DNA of 63,799 nucleotides, filler included, from Octopus bimaculoides (Eukaryota): NCBI RefSeq assembly GCF_001194135.2. It is 7 parts of 7 records of this genome, joined end to end, with 100 filler letters (N's around TTAATTAATTAA, not from the genome) between each part and the next. Parts side by side here need not be neighbours in the genome. Positions count along the whole stretch, not along the records: positions 22,028 to 32,921 come from NC_068983.1; positions 33,022 to 45,668 come from NC_068993.1; 5 more parts are not named here. The stretch is one strand, 5' to 3'. The notes below the pieces were generated by a model. The model worked only from the letters and a program-made list of their open reading frames with translations, did not search any database and had not been told where the DNA came from. Below, piece after piece: positions 25,640 through 38,574 of this stretch; position 1 is the stretch's first letter; the number at the start of each line of letters is the position of its first letter. The translations under genes and the position numbers were made by a program.

Positions 25640-26705
25640 TATTGGGTCATCCCGTAAATAATGCGATTTTTAATGCTTCTTTTATTGAGATAATATTCGT
25701 TTTTAATCTAAAATATACTTTCCTCCATATTCTACAATACTCTTTCAGCTAATCTGGTAGACTTGCAAGACCTCTGTTCCAAAATTCACTTTCCGTGACG
25801 AAAAATACTACTCCAGCACTGTTAGATCTCGTCTACAGAATTCATATTTTTTTCCGTCCAAATGATTTTGAAGACTGCGAAATAAATGATAATCAGATGG
25901 GCGAACATGCTGGATGGGACATAATTTTCCATTCAAACTGCTCCAATCATTGGAATGTCATCCACGCTCTATGTGGCCGGGCTTTACCCTGATGGAAGAA
26001 CACATTTCGTCTTGAAACCAAAGATAATTGTTTTTTCTCTAGCGACCACTTAAGCCGCTCAAGCTGCTCGCAGTAGATCTCATTTATTACGTATTGGTTG
26101 GGTTTAAAAGTAGACTAATCCTTTCCTATCCCACCAAACAGATAAAAACATCTTACGTGGGTAAAAGCCTTCCTTAACCTGGGGTGCCGGTGTTTCTCCT
26201 TTCCGTGCCCACTATTATCGACGCTTGACATTTTTATAGACACCCGTCGCTATTCGGTTCAAAAGGACTCATTCGTGAGACGTGACAGCACAGAAGAACA
26301 CACATTCAGTCTCTGTGCGCGATTTGACTCGGAGAGTTTGTGAAGAACATATTCACCCAATTTGATGACTTTTTTCCGATGGCACGCATGCATCAATGAA
26401 TGGTTGAATGGACAACTCCAAGCTTCTCTGCTAATTCCTCAACAGTTATTATGGGATTAGTTTATCCACGAGGGTTTGCAGGACGTCCACGTCGAGATCT
26501 ACAGTTATTCCAGGACGAAGCTCGTCTTTGACGCTGCAGTTTTCAGCTCGGAATTTCTGAAACCACCGTGTACACTGGCTTCGGTTATTGTCCGATCTCC
26601 ATATACTGCAATAATATTCCTCGCACTTTCCATTGCGTTGTTGTTTTTATTGAATTCATAACGCGGAGTATACCGAATATGCTCCTTTGTCATCTATGGG
26701 ATTAT
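25640..26705 (-). pseudogene. Decayed Mos1-like mariner element (transposase pseudogene), 5' end internally deleted
   Basis: TIR TATTGGGTCATCCCGTAAATAATGCG at 25640; N-terminus EHIRYTPRYEFNKNNNAMESARNIIAVYGDRTI; downstream ARPH and PSDYHLF-like remnants with frameshifts. Confidence 0.9.
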
Positions 26706-26759
26706 TTACATAATTTACAATTAACGCATATTTCTCCTCTCCTCATCTCGTTTGTTGTT

Positions 26760-26805
26760 AACACAACGTTTCGGTTGATATACCCTCCAGCCATCATCAG
26801 GTATC
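26760..26805 (-). ncRNA. Minimal type I hammerhead ribozyme in a PLE pseudo-LTR (26715-26850)
   Basis: - strand: GAUAC CUGAUGA U GGCUGG agggUAUA UCAACC GAAAC GUU GUGUU. Core intact, one stem II mismatch, stem III reduced to the palindrome AACGUU. Confidence 0.8.
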
Positions 26806-26867
26806 TTAGGGGAAAGTTCGAACCTGGGTTCTCATTCCTAAGGTATTTTTCGACGTTGTTGTTGTTA

Positions 26868-26944
<77 letters not shown>

Positions 26945-26945
<1 letters not shown>

Positions 26946-27328
26946 GTCAAGACGAAGAGCGCGATTCGATTGTAAGATATTTTATCAGTTGAAAGATATT
27001 TCAACAATACGTCTGTCTTTGTCGAGTTCAAAATAAAAAAAGTGATAAAAATTCAAAATTACAGAAATTTAAACGGAAAGTATGAACGAAGCAACCAGCA
27101 TCCTCACATTGATGGAATGACATCATCGGTTTTTAAGTTACAAACTGATGATGTCATTCCATCAACGTGTGGACACTGGTTGATCTCGTTCATACTTTAC
27201 GTTTAAATTCCTGTAATTTAAAATGTTTATCGCTTCTTATTTTGAACTCGACAAAGACAGACGTATTGTTGAAATATCTCTCAACTCATAAAATGTCATA
27301 CAATTGAATCACGCTCTTCGTCATGACT
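26945..27328. mobile_element. ~385-bp foldback/MITE-like element
   Basis: Arms AGTCA(A/T)GACGAAGAGCG(C/T)GATTC(G/A)ATTGTA... pair almost end to end around a short loop near 27136. Confidence 0.85.
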
Positions 27329-27374
27329 GCTTACCTTTGTGAAGAGTTACGTGAATCCTTTTTGAAATATTATT

Positions 27375-27438
<64 letters not shown>

Positions 27439-27443
<5 letters not shown>

Positions 27444-27604
27444 ATCACTGATTGGAATCAAACTCGGAATCTTGGGGTTAGTAGCCCATACTCTTAATCA
27501 CTACGCCATGGGCATATGGAATAGTGGTTAAGAGCGTGTGCAACTAACCTCAAGATTCCAAGTTCGATTCCAGTCAGTGACCTGAATAATAATAATAATA
27601 ATAA
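27439..27604. mobile_element. Head-to-head inverted pair of PLE tRNA-like heads
   Basis: 27439-27508 (-) and 27510-27586 (+) both match GGGCATATGGCGTAGTGGTTAAGAGCGCGGGCTACTAACCCCAAGATTCCGAGTTCGATTCCAG.CAGTGACCTGAA, each followed outward by (AAT)n. Confidence 0.85.
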
Positions 27605-29066
27605 NNNNNNNNNNNNNNNNNNNNNNNNNNNNNNNNNNNNNNNNNNNNNNNNNNNNNNNNNNNNNNNNNNNNNNNNNNNNNNNNNNNNNNNNNNNNNNNN
27701 NNNNNNNNNNNNNNNNNNNNNNNNNNNNNNNNNNNNNNNNNNNNNNNNNNNNNNNNNNNNNNNNNNNNNNNNNNNNNNNNNNNNNNNNNNNNNNNNNNNN
27801 NNNNNNNNATATATATATATATATAATTGTATGTAATAATGCTCATTATGCACACGCATACATGCATATATATACATCTGTGTGTGAGAGAGAGAGATAG
27901 TGTGTGTGTGTGTGCGTGTGTGTGCGCGCGTGCGTATGTGTATATGCGTGTATGCACGCATTTGTTTTTCTCATCACTTAATGAGAATGACACCAATGGG
28001 AAACAAGCACACTTTTGAGGGTATCTTTTATCAAAGGTGTTTCGTCTCGTCATTCTGTTTATCAACGACTGATAAATGTGATTTCCTATTTGAAACTTAT
28101 CGCGTGATATTTGTGCTGTATATATGAATGTGATTTCTTATTCTTTCACAAGGTGCGCCAATGAGAAATTCATTCGTATTAAATAAGGAATAGAGATTTA
28201 TAAAATAATACTTTATCAAAGGTTCCTCGCAAACTCTTCATAATCATGGGATGTTGTTGTTTTTTTTTTATATTGCTATCAACATAATGTAAAAGATGCA
28301 AGGGTTTGGAATGTTGAGTAATAAAACGATTACGTTTCTGCCATCTCACTCATTATAAAAGAAACACATTTTCGTTATTTGTAATTTCAAATAAAAGAGC
28401 AGCTCATTATTTCAGTCACCATTTCAGATTTCATGCCTCAGCCTTATTCATATCAGACAATAACCATGAAATCACATTCGAAAATATAAAGTTGCATACA
28501 AAGCCTGATGAACTACCAGATGGTTTTTTACAATTATGCATTTGATCGATAATAGCTGAAACAGCTATAAATTTGTGCATGTTGAATCATGATACGTGAC
28601 TCTGTTTCTCATCATTTCATGCGTTAGATCCGCCAGTTGTCCCTTCAGTTAAAGAACTTCCGTATGTAAACTTGGAACTTGTACGATTAATTACACTCAT
28701 TCACACGTGACAGCTCAGCTACAGCTACAAATTCACCACGTGAACTGTAATTTTATGAGCAAGTACACATTCATTTTCGAACATTTTAACTTTGGTTCCA
28801 CGAATATCATTGACATGTAGCTGTACGCATACGCACATCTTATGCTGTATAGTTTTCATCTCACTAGATACGACTAACGCAAATTCTCCATTTTTAAACA
28901 ATTACTTCCACGAATATACAATTCTGCTGCGAAATAAACTGCATTATAAGTACCTTACTGCATGTGGATTTATTTGCATACAATATAAATACACAAACAC
29001 GAATACATATATGCACACACACAAAAGACATACACTCACAAACTCACACATGCATACACACACGCG

Positions 29067-29101
<35 letters not shown>

Positions 29102-29139
29102 NNNNNNNNNNNNNNNNNNNTATATATATATATATATAT

Positions 29140-30152
29140 ACACACACTGGGAAGGCGGTATACAACAGTTGAAAGCTAAAACATTATCTCATCGCAGAGA
29201 AACGCTTGCGTAGTTGCATCGTCATACACATCCGTCACTTGTGGATTATCAGCCTAGCAGGAGATGAACGAAAAATACATTCATAAATGTTAACATCATG
29301 CATACGCGATCTCACCAATAAGTATCCGAATTGTTGTTATTGTTACGAAGCTAAAGAACGCAGAGTAAAGCCGCTTCGCTAAGATTGATCTTGAACACTA
29401 CTGTGAATGCGCACTAAGTGTTAACGTTCTAGCTCACTTACGCTGTTTACAGCAGCACTTGGAAGGAAGGCGTGTAGCGTGTGAGTATCGCACTGACCAT
29501 GACAGTTGTCATGGCGATATCTCCTCGGAGACCTATGCAAAGTTTCAGAAAGTGTAAGGAGAGACGTGTACGAGCTGCACACAAGTTTACGAGTGATTCA
29601 GACGTTTGGAAGATGGCTGAAGAAATGTTGATATTCACGAACGTTCTGGGAGACGCGCAACCAGCAGCACTGAGAAAAACATCGCAGATGCGTGTGCAGA
29701 TGTAAGGGGAAATCGTCGAATCATCATGCCTGAGTTATCAGAGGATGTGCAGATTATTTACAGTTCAGTCCAGTCCATTATCACTGAAGATTTGTGCCAA
29801 AACGATTTTCCGCCGACCAAAAAGACACTCAGGTTTCAATTGCGCAGAATCTCCTTGATTGTGTCAGAACGATGAAAAATATTGAAAACTGCGTAGGCCT
29901 CTGAGCAGGTATCGCCAAGTGTTATCAAAATTTGACGCATATTCTCTGCTCAGCTTTCTCTGTCATGGGCAATGCAACGATCACACGCTACACACCTTTC
30001 GAAGCACTGCTGTGAACAGCAGAAATAAGCTAGAACTTGAAAACTTATTGCACATTCAAAACAGAGTTCAAGTAAATCTTTTCCAAGCGGCTTCACTCTG
30101 CGTACTTCGTCACTATTGCAACCGACCGGATACACATTGATCACACTACGTA
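29140..30152 (+). mobile_element. Internally deleted mariner derivative with long imperfect inverted ends
   Basis: EDG*RNVDIHERSGRRATSSTEKNIADAC..VRGNRRIIMPELSEDVQIIYSSVQSIITEDL (HTH region); 29350-29505 is the reverse complement of about 29965-30110; TIR-like CGGATACACATTGATCACACTACGTA ends at 30152. Confidence 0.8.
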
Positions 30153-31000
30153 TGAGCATTCAGCATAGTTTTCATGTTCTATAACATTTTAGAGTTGAGG
30201 AACCTGTCATTTCAAATTATTGAAATCTCAGATTGAACCAGCGTGAAATCGCTGGACATATTTGTCAGTAAAAAATAGCTTGTTTCTATCATGAAGTGGC
30301 AAAATGCTATTTAATGGCCATTTCGAATTCTAATAGGGTACAAACAATCCCTATATATAAGCCACCATTCCCTTTTATGTGTAGGAAGTGGCCACATGAG
30401 CCGTGCTAATATTATAAGGTTCCATTTTACACACACACACACACACACATCTTTCGTGTATGTTGTCTCTACAAATAGAAATAGCCTGTTGCAGGAAGTT
30501 AGTTCGCCCATGAGGAACATTATCATTCAGTCTGCCTCGTGTACCGCGGCGTGCTCCGTACTATACTTTGTAATATTTTTGGTAAACAGGGCAAATGTAG
30601 AAGCTATAAATAACATACGTTTATATAAATTTCTCCCTCTCACTCTATCGCTTTTCTCGCTTTTTATCCTGCACTCTCACTCTTTTTTCTCTATTTACTG
30701 CGCTTTCCACATATTTAGTGATGCTGTTGACACCAGCCTTCATACCAGCCTTCATACCTACCTACCTACCTACCTACCTACCTACCTACCTACCTACCTA
30801 CCTACCTACATGCACACATACATGCATATATACACATATACATACATACGTATGGGTGCTTGAACAATTCGTCTTATATTTGTACTCAATTTAGTTTACA
30901 AGGGACTGCAATGTTTACGTATATATAGATCGATGCACATGATTATTTATCTATATAATATATATGCACATATGTGTGTGTGTGTTTGTGTACGTGTGGT

Positions 31001-31031
<31 letters not shown>

Positions 31032-31163
31032 TTTGCATGAAAAAATTCCAATGATACTTCCAGAGATATAGAATAAGACCAGTTTTCTGCATACTGTGGC
31101 GGATTTGAGACCGAAACGAAGGACTTTAAAAATATTGATGCGACCACCGAAAATACAAATTAA

Positions 31164-32093
31164 TGTTATATCCCTATCTCCCGAGCTGGGTTTTGAAACC
31201 GTATTCTGGTTGTTGAGGATAATGGTATTTCCTTTGTCTTGTGAACAAGTACAGCTATTTTTAGCGTAGGAGTGATCGGTGACCCTTTCCGGTCACGAAA
31301 AACAAGTGAGGAATTGTACTGGACTGACCCAGCTTTGGGAGGAGGTAAGGTAGCACTGTAAAGCTACGGTATTTATGATAAACAAAGAATTGGCGCGAAC
31401 GGTTGGCTGCAGCAGTTGGCATCAGGCAGTTGGCGTACGGAATTGGGATCAAGCAGTTGGCATCAAACAGTTGGCCAGGGAGTTGGATGATGTGAAGATG
31501 TCCAGTAGTTGGATGAAGAACGTCAGCCAGTGAAAATGTCCAGTAGTTGGATGAAGAACGTCAGCTAGTGAAAATGTCCAGCAGTTGATGTGAAGGCTAG
31601 CGGCCAACCAAGATGAACAGAGAGACTGACAGACAGAGGCTGAGAAAGAGAGAGCCTATGGTCAGAAAGGAACCAGTCAGCCGATAGGGACTGAAGCAAT
31701 GAGAGAGAAGGACAGAGAGATGGGACTGTGTGGAGCCAAAAGATCGTAGTAGTCAGTTGGTCACTACTTCTTGGATTATAGTAGGAGTTTTGAAAGAAAG
31801 GAAATTATTACGGTGAAGGTTTGTTCAAATATTCTTTAAAATGTACTTCGTCGTTACATGTGTTAAAAGAACTGTTAACTGTGATGTAAACTTAAAAGAA
31901 AAGAAAAGAAAGAACTTTTTGACATGTTGTTAATGGAATAGAAAACAGCGAAGTGAACGAAATTTTAATGGACTTGATGTACGAACTCTTGATTGTAAAC
32001 TTGTGATTATGCAATGTTCTGAAACCTTTGTTAAACGTTATTTGAATTGTTATGCCATGTATTGATGATGTAATGTTTTGTTTGCTAAAAAGA
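31164..32093 (+). mobile_element. Possible LTR-like sequence with internal tandem repeats
   Basis: Starts TGTTATA; purine-rich; GCAGTTGGCATCA repeats and 38-bp tandem units at 31501, 31539 and 31577. The 3' end lies in a gap, so no CA terminus or TSD is visible. Confidence 0.35.
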
Positions 32094-32380
32094 NNNNNNN
32101 NNNNNNNNNNNNNNNNNNNNNNNNNNNNNNNNNNNNNNNNNNNNNNNNNNNNNNNNNNNNNNNNNNNNNNNNNNNNNNNNNNNNNNNNNNNNNNNNNNNN
32201 NNNNNNNNNNNNNNNNNNNNNNNNNNNNNNNNNNNNNNNNNNNNNNNNNNNNNNNNNNNNNNNNNNNNNNNNNNNNNNNNNNNNNNNNNNNNNNNNNNNN
32301 NNNNNNNNNNNNNNNNNNNNNNNNNNNNNNNNNNNNNNNNNNNNNNNNNNNNNNNNNNNNNNNNNNNNNNNNNNNNNNNN

Positions 32381-32412
<32 letters not shown>

Positions 32413-33094
32413 TTGTAATTATTTCCATTTAATTTTATTTATATTTCATCTCTATGATTTTATTTTCATTTCGGTTTGTCTATGTATCGTAGATATCTAT
32501 AATGTTTTACTGTAAGTGTATCCTGTGTCGTCTTCTTATGAGAACTGCTACAATGCAATACCTACACAAGTATACGTTATTACAAGGCAAGATATATAGC
32601 GAGAAATATATTTTAAACAGTCAGATGAAGAGATGCATTCTACACCTGTGATGCATAATAGCTGATTGCAAAGACTTTCACGTATGAGATGCAAGTGTGA
32701 AAATGACTCGAAACAATTGTAGTGATTTTCTGTTTCTCATTTATTTATAGGCACTATAGATATACAACGAAATTCCTGAAGTAAATCGAGTGGCATGTGC
32801 ATTTGAAGTGTTTGGTGATATCTGATAGACGATAACTGTGGACGAGCTTTCGCACACCATTCTACAAGATTCTATCCAAATATAACAATCTCTCTCGCTC
32901 TCTTATATATACATACATATANNNNNNNNNNNNNNNNNNNNNNNNNNNNNNNNNNNNNNNNNNNNTTAATTAATTAANNNNNNNNNNNNNNNNNNNNNNN
33001 NNNNNNNNNNNNNNNNNNNNNATATATAGGTATGTTGGTGCAAACAGGAAAAATAGAACTCAAACTATGGGTATGTATTTTAATATATATATAT

Positions 33095-33330
33095 GAGCGT
33101 GGCTGTTGCCAGTACCGCCTGACTGGCCTTCGTGCCGGTGGCACATAAAAAGCACCCACTACACTCTCTGAGTGGTTGGCGTTAGGAAGAGTATCCAGCA
33201 GTAGAAACTCTGCCAAATCAGATTGGAGCCTGGTGTTGCCGTCCTGTTTTACCAGTCCTCAGCCAAATCATCCAACCCATGCTAGCATGGAAAGCAGACG
33301 TTAAACGACGACGATGATGATGATGATATA
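33095..33330 (+). mobile_element. RTE LINE 3' end with (GAT)n tail
   Basis: ...GGCGTTAGGAAGAG..TCCAGC.GTAGAAACTCTGCCAAATC...ATGCTAGCATGGAAAGC.GACGTTAAACGACGACGATGATG; reverse copy at 56945-57150. Confidence 0.85.
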
Positions 33331-35063
33331 TACTAGTAGTAATACCTGTTGTTGATCAGGTAATTTGAACTCAGAATTTAAACACAGACAAAATACTGAT
33401 AAGCATTTCGCTTGGCATGCTAATGATTCTGCCAGCTCACTGCCTTGTACTTTATACATTACTACCTTATGAAAGATGTTATGTTTATACCTTTTTCTGT
33501 TCTATTAAACATTGTTTTCAATATTTACATCTACACTCTATTTTGAGTGGTTTTATCTCTAGTCATTATCAGACGTTTGTATATCAATATGTACATAATA
33601 CCAGATTGGATTAAGAGTTTTTATTTCTAAAGTGGGGGGGGGGTAGTAATAATGTTATTATTTTCTTAACCACTTAGGATAATAATCTTAAGAACTCATC
33701 TTTGGTATTTCAGCATTTAAAGGAGTTTTATTAATAATTTTGGGATAATTTTCCTTGACCAGCTCAGTACACACATGCATGCATGCACACACACACACAC
33801 ACACATATCTCCATAAAGCAAGAACTTTCAAGACTGAATGCTCTTTCTGTTGAACATACATGTCTCAAAGGTATTTTCCTGTTTTATCTAAAGCGACAAT
33901 GGTCAGGAAATTTAAGCCATGGCCAGCAGGACATATCATATTCTGCAAGCATTGGGTTTTATGTGACAACTATCAGTATTGAATTCCTGGCCTTTTATAT
34001 ATGTGTGTATGTTTCTGTGACAACTTTTTGTTTGTCTTAAGAAAAAGTCCTTCGTTTACAGTGGGATTTAAACAACTTCTTTTTGTTTTGGCACTAATGA
34101 TCCAATCCAACAGTAATTAATTATAATTATTAGAATAATTAGCATCATACATATTGACATTTTTTGTAGAGAGTTCACATGTACTTGTATAACATTCGTC
34201 TGCTGATCAAAATTTTGCTGGTGGGAAAAAGTGGATTTAATAAAAAAAACGTGTGTCTATGTAAGTGCATATGCTTACATATACACACGTTATGATCAGA
34301 TACGCATATACATTCATATCCATGGAACACATGTACACAGAAATACTTACATGTGTATGCACATACACATAGATATGTACACATGTATAGATCTGTGTGA
34401 ATGTAATTATTGTTTATATATATCTACATATATATATAAATGTTATTGGAACATTTGCACACATAAATACTTGCATGCAAATACACACATGCATAAATAT
34501 AAATGCACATATATGTCTATGCGTAATTGTAAGTATATATGCTATGTGTACATATATATAAATGTTAAGGATATGTATGTACATGTTATATGAATGTATG
34601 TAAATATTTGTGCTATATACATATCTAAGTATATGCATGTTGTGGTGTATGTATATGTACATCTGTGTATATGTATATATTCAATGTATGTAGTGTATGC
34701 ATGTATGGACAAATATGTGTAATGTAAACATTATGTCCATGTGTATTGTTTGCGTACACACTGCAGCTTCTATAGGGAATGTGAAGTGACAAATTGGAAA
34801 TTAACCAAGATGTGATAACAGTATTTCTACAGTTAACTAATTATTGATCTTAATAACATGAACAGACAAATTCACTGGCTGGATAAAATAGACTTCAATA
34901 ACTGAACATGAGAAACTGGCATGGAAAGAAACACAAAAACACCTCTCAGACTTTGCATTCAAGAGCCTCTCTCTCTCTTTCACTGCTATTCTCATGTTTT
35001 GATGTATTTTTTTAATGTTTGTTTTAACATTATATTCATACATACAAAGTCTTTCCCACTCAC

Positions 35064-35100
<37 letters not shown>

Positions 35101-35862
35101 CATAAAATTTTTAATCCATTAAAAATAACTTCTTTTATTTCTTTTATAGAACTATTCTCCAGTCTTATGAGCTCTTTTCTACTTTCTTTTCATTGCTATT
35201 TTTCTCTTGTTTTCTGTCTGTCTGCCCATCTCTCTCTCTCTCTCTGTTTCCATCACCACTTCTTGTCTTTCTATCCCCCCCCTCTCGCCTTTGCTAGTAT
35301 ATATCTCTCTGTCTTACATTTTCTTAGTCTTTATTTCTCATCTTTTACATTTGCTCCTCTGACGTCTCTCTTTCTAAAGTATCCTATCCTGGTTGGGTAT
35401 CGACTTAATTTAGCTATTATTTTTAACACAAAGTGTTCAGGACTGAAATTACTTATCAAAGGACAAATAGATTTTTGTCCTCAAGACCTTCTGGTTTCTA
35501 TGCACCATCAACTGCACCAGCTGCATCAACAATCCCTTAAAAGCATCTATGCTGTTGCTAACCATTTTTCAAATCACACTTTTGCATCACAAGGAGAAAA
35601 AAAGAAAGAAAAAAATAAGGACACATTCAATAGCGAGTTGCTAGTTGCACTGTCTAAGAAAAAAAGCTGGATGGTCATGTGTGGGATGTCTTTGATCATA
35701 GGTCTGCTTGATGACCACTAACCTAAAGTTCAACAACAACCAACTAAATGACCAATCAGACAGTCATTTTGAGCTTGAAGCTGGTTAGCAACGAAAAAAA
35801 AGAAAAAATTAATGTCTAAAGTCTTTTATCTCTCTGTCTCTGTCTGTCCGTCTGTCTGTCTG

Positions 35863-35913
<51 letters not shown>

Positions 35914-36072
35914 NNNNNNNNNNNNNNNNNNNNNNNNNNNNNNNNNNNNNNNNNNNNNNNNNNNNNNNNNNNNNNNNNNNNNNNNNNNNNNNNNTCTCTC
36001 TGTCTCTCTCTCTCTCTGTCTCTCTCTCTCTCTATGTCTTTCTCTCTCTTTCTTTCTCTCTGTCTCTCTGTC

Positions 36073-36121
<49 letters not shown>

Positions 36122-36130
36122 TTCTTTCTC

Positions 36131-36172
<42 letters not shown>

Positions 36173-36738
36173 CTCTCACCCATCCTCCTTTGCTAAGGAT
36201 TGTTATATGACATAACCTCTGGTTTCAACACACCACTATCACACAAACAACAACAACAACAACATCAATTGTCTTCCAGTCTCTTGGCAGTAACCATTTC
36301 CTCTTGAGTATTTACTCGCCAGTTCTTCAAATGACCACTACCACCAAACACCATTGCCAACCATCCTGCTCCTGGCTTGTTTTGTGTTAACTTTTACTAT
36401 ACTCCCGATTCCCCCCACCCACTTCCATGATTCATGTGTGATAGGAGCAATCATCATCATCATCATTATCACCATCATTGTTATCATCATATTTATCATC
36501 ATCATCATCCTTATTATTATGACAGACACTGTCCCTTCTCACATACATCAATGATAACTATTCTGTTTGTGTCATGAAGCATTGCAGTGTTTAATTGCTT
36601 ACATCCTCCCCCTTTCACTCCCCCCCACCCTTCGTTTTAGGGTCTGTAGAGGGGTGGAGGAAACAACAACAATAAATAATAAAATAATGGACTTTGCAAA
36701 TAAGTCCAGAACTTTATTATTATTAATATTATTATTAC

Positions 36739-36830
<92 letters not shown>

Positions 36831-37330
36831 TAATTGTTTTTGTGCCAAAGTTAGAAATCATAAATATTACCATCACTGCTACTACCACTACTATCCTCCT
36901 CTTCCTCCTCCTCCTCAACATCATCATCATCATCATCATCATCATCGATTGTTGTTACCAACAGTAACTGTTCTGTCATTGTTGTGGATAAATTACTGTC
37001 ACCACAACAACAACAACAATTGCCTCACATTATTACAGTTAGTCACTTTCATTTCAGTGTGTTTTTGTTTAGTTTTGTTCTGTTCTATGTGATAGTAGTG
37101 GTCAACTTGACCATCTGATAGAGTTACAATGGATTATCACTGTGACATCTATGGTCACAATTGCACTGGTTGTGTATAATATCCAAGTGTGTATGAGTGT
37201 GCGTGTGTGTGTGTACATGTTTGCATCACAGTATTGTGTGTGTGTGAGTGAAGAATGTGTAGATGTACACTTTTGTGTATATTTATACACACTCTTAGAC
37301 ACATTGCATTACGTACATACATGCTTTATG

Positions 37331-37369
<39 letters not shown>

Positions 37370-37396
37370 ACACACTCTTTGNNNNNNNNNNATATA

Positions 37397-37433
<37 letters not shown>

Positions 37434-38412
37434 GTACATGTGTAAACACATACACACACACATTTGGTAATAGTTTGTTCACTTTCCTATGCCACCAATG
37501 GTTGAAGTCGTTTTATAGAATCATAATGATTGAGTGTGTGTTTAAGGGGGCTGGACACTACTGGGTGAAGCAGGGGCTTCTTTAAACTAGCAGGCTTTGT
37601 TTTCAGTTTGTCAGCTGTACATCCTATCTGCACTCTACTTGCCCAAATCTAATGTCTGTTTGGAAATAATCATCAGCCCCTCCCAGTATCACAAATTAAG
37701 GGTTTGCATTAATAAGGATGACTAACCATGAGAATAAACATTTTCATTGTTACCCAAACACAATATCAATTTGTGGCTCTTCAAAGTTAGACGATAAAAA
37801 GGAATATGTTTGTCTATAATAGGAAAACAATGTTCTAATGTCCACAAAATAATTCCAACTATTTTCATTTTTTTTTTTATACCTTTCCTTCCTGTCTGTT
37901 TATTTTTTGGAAAACTATCTAAATGTCTGTATTTGCAGAACTATCTCACCCTTCAGCTTTGCAGGGATGAAAATAAATTGCATGTGTCTGCCATTGTATG
38001 TTTGTATGTATATCAGTGTGTGTGTGTGTGTGTGTGTGTGTGCACACATCTGTCTGTGACTGCATATGTGCGTTCATGTAAGCATACATACATCACCATC
38101 AGCATTTAATGCCCATATTTCATGCTGACATGGATTGGATAGTGTGATAGGATCTGATGGGTCCAAGGACTGTATCAAGCTCTAATGTCTGCTTTGGTAT
38201 GGTTTCTGTCAGTGGATGCCCTTACATATTGACCCTTATGCATGTACACCCTCATAGCAAACTTGCATACTTATGCCTGTATAATGAAGATTCAGACCCA
38301 CTTATTAAAAACTTTGCAAATAAATATCTTCCAATCTGTTTGTGTGTGTATATAATCAGCAGATGTAGAATGATGTGTATATATATACATATAATTTATA
38401 TATATATATATA

Positions 38413-38574
38413 TATATAAATTATAATTTAGGGTATCTAAGAGGTACCACCATGCTTGAAATAGCAGTCAAAACCTTGACTCTAAAACCACATTAAATGT
38501 TTTAGAGTCAAGGTTTTGACTGTTATTTCAAGCATGGTGGTATCTCTTAGATACCCTAAATTATAATTTATATA
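38413..38574. repeat. Near-perfect ~75-bp-arm palindrome (hairpin MITE-like)
   Basis: TATATAAATTATAATTTAGGGTATCTAAGAG...TCTAAAAC, a 10-nt loop, then the reverse complement with about two mismatches. Confidence 0.9.

Noticed and set aside
32740-32890. Possible tyrosinase exon 2 after TTATTTATAG
   Set aside because: Stops in all three frames and no CuA histidine motif.
34921-35721. 266-aa plus-strand ORF
   Set aside because: Dominated by (CT)n low-complexity translation; the remainder has no recognisable domain or splice support.
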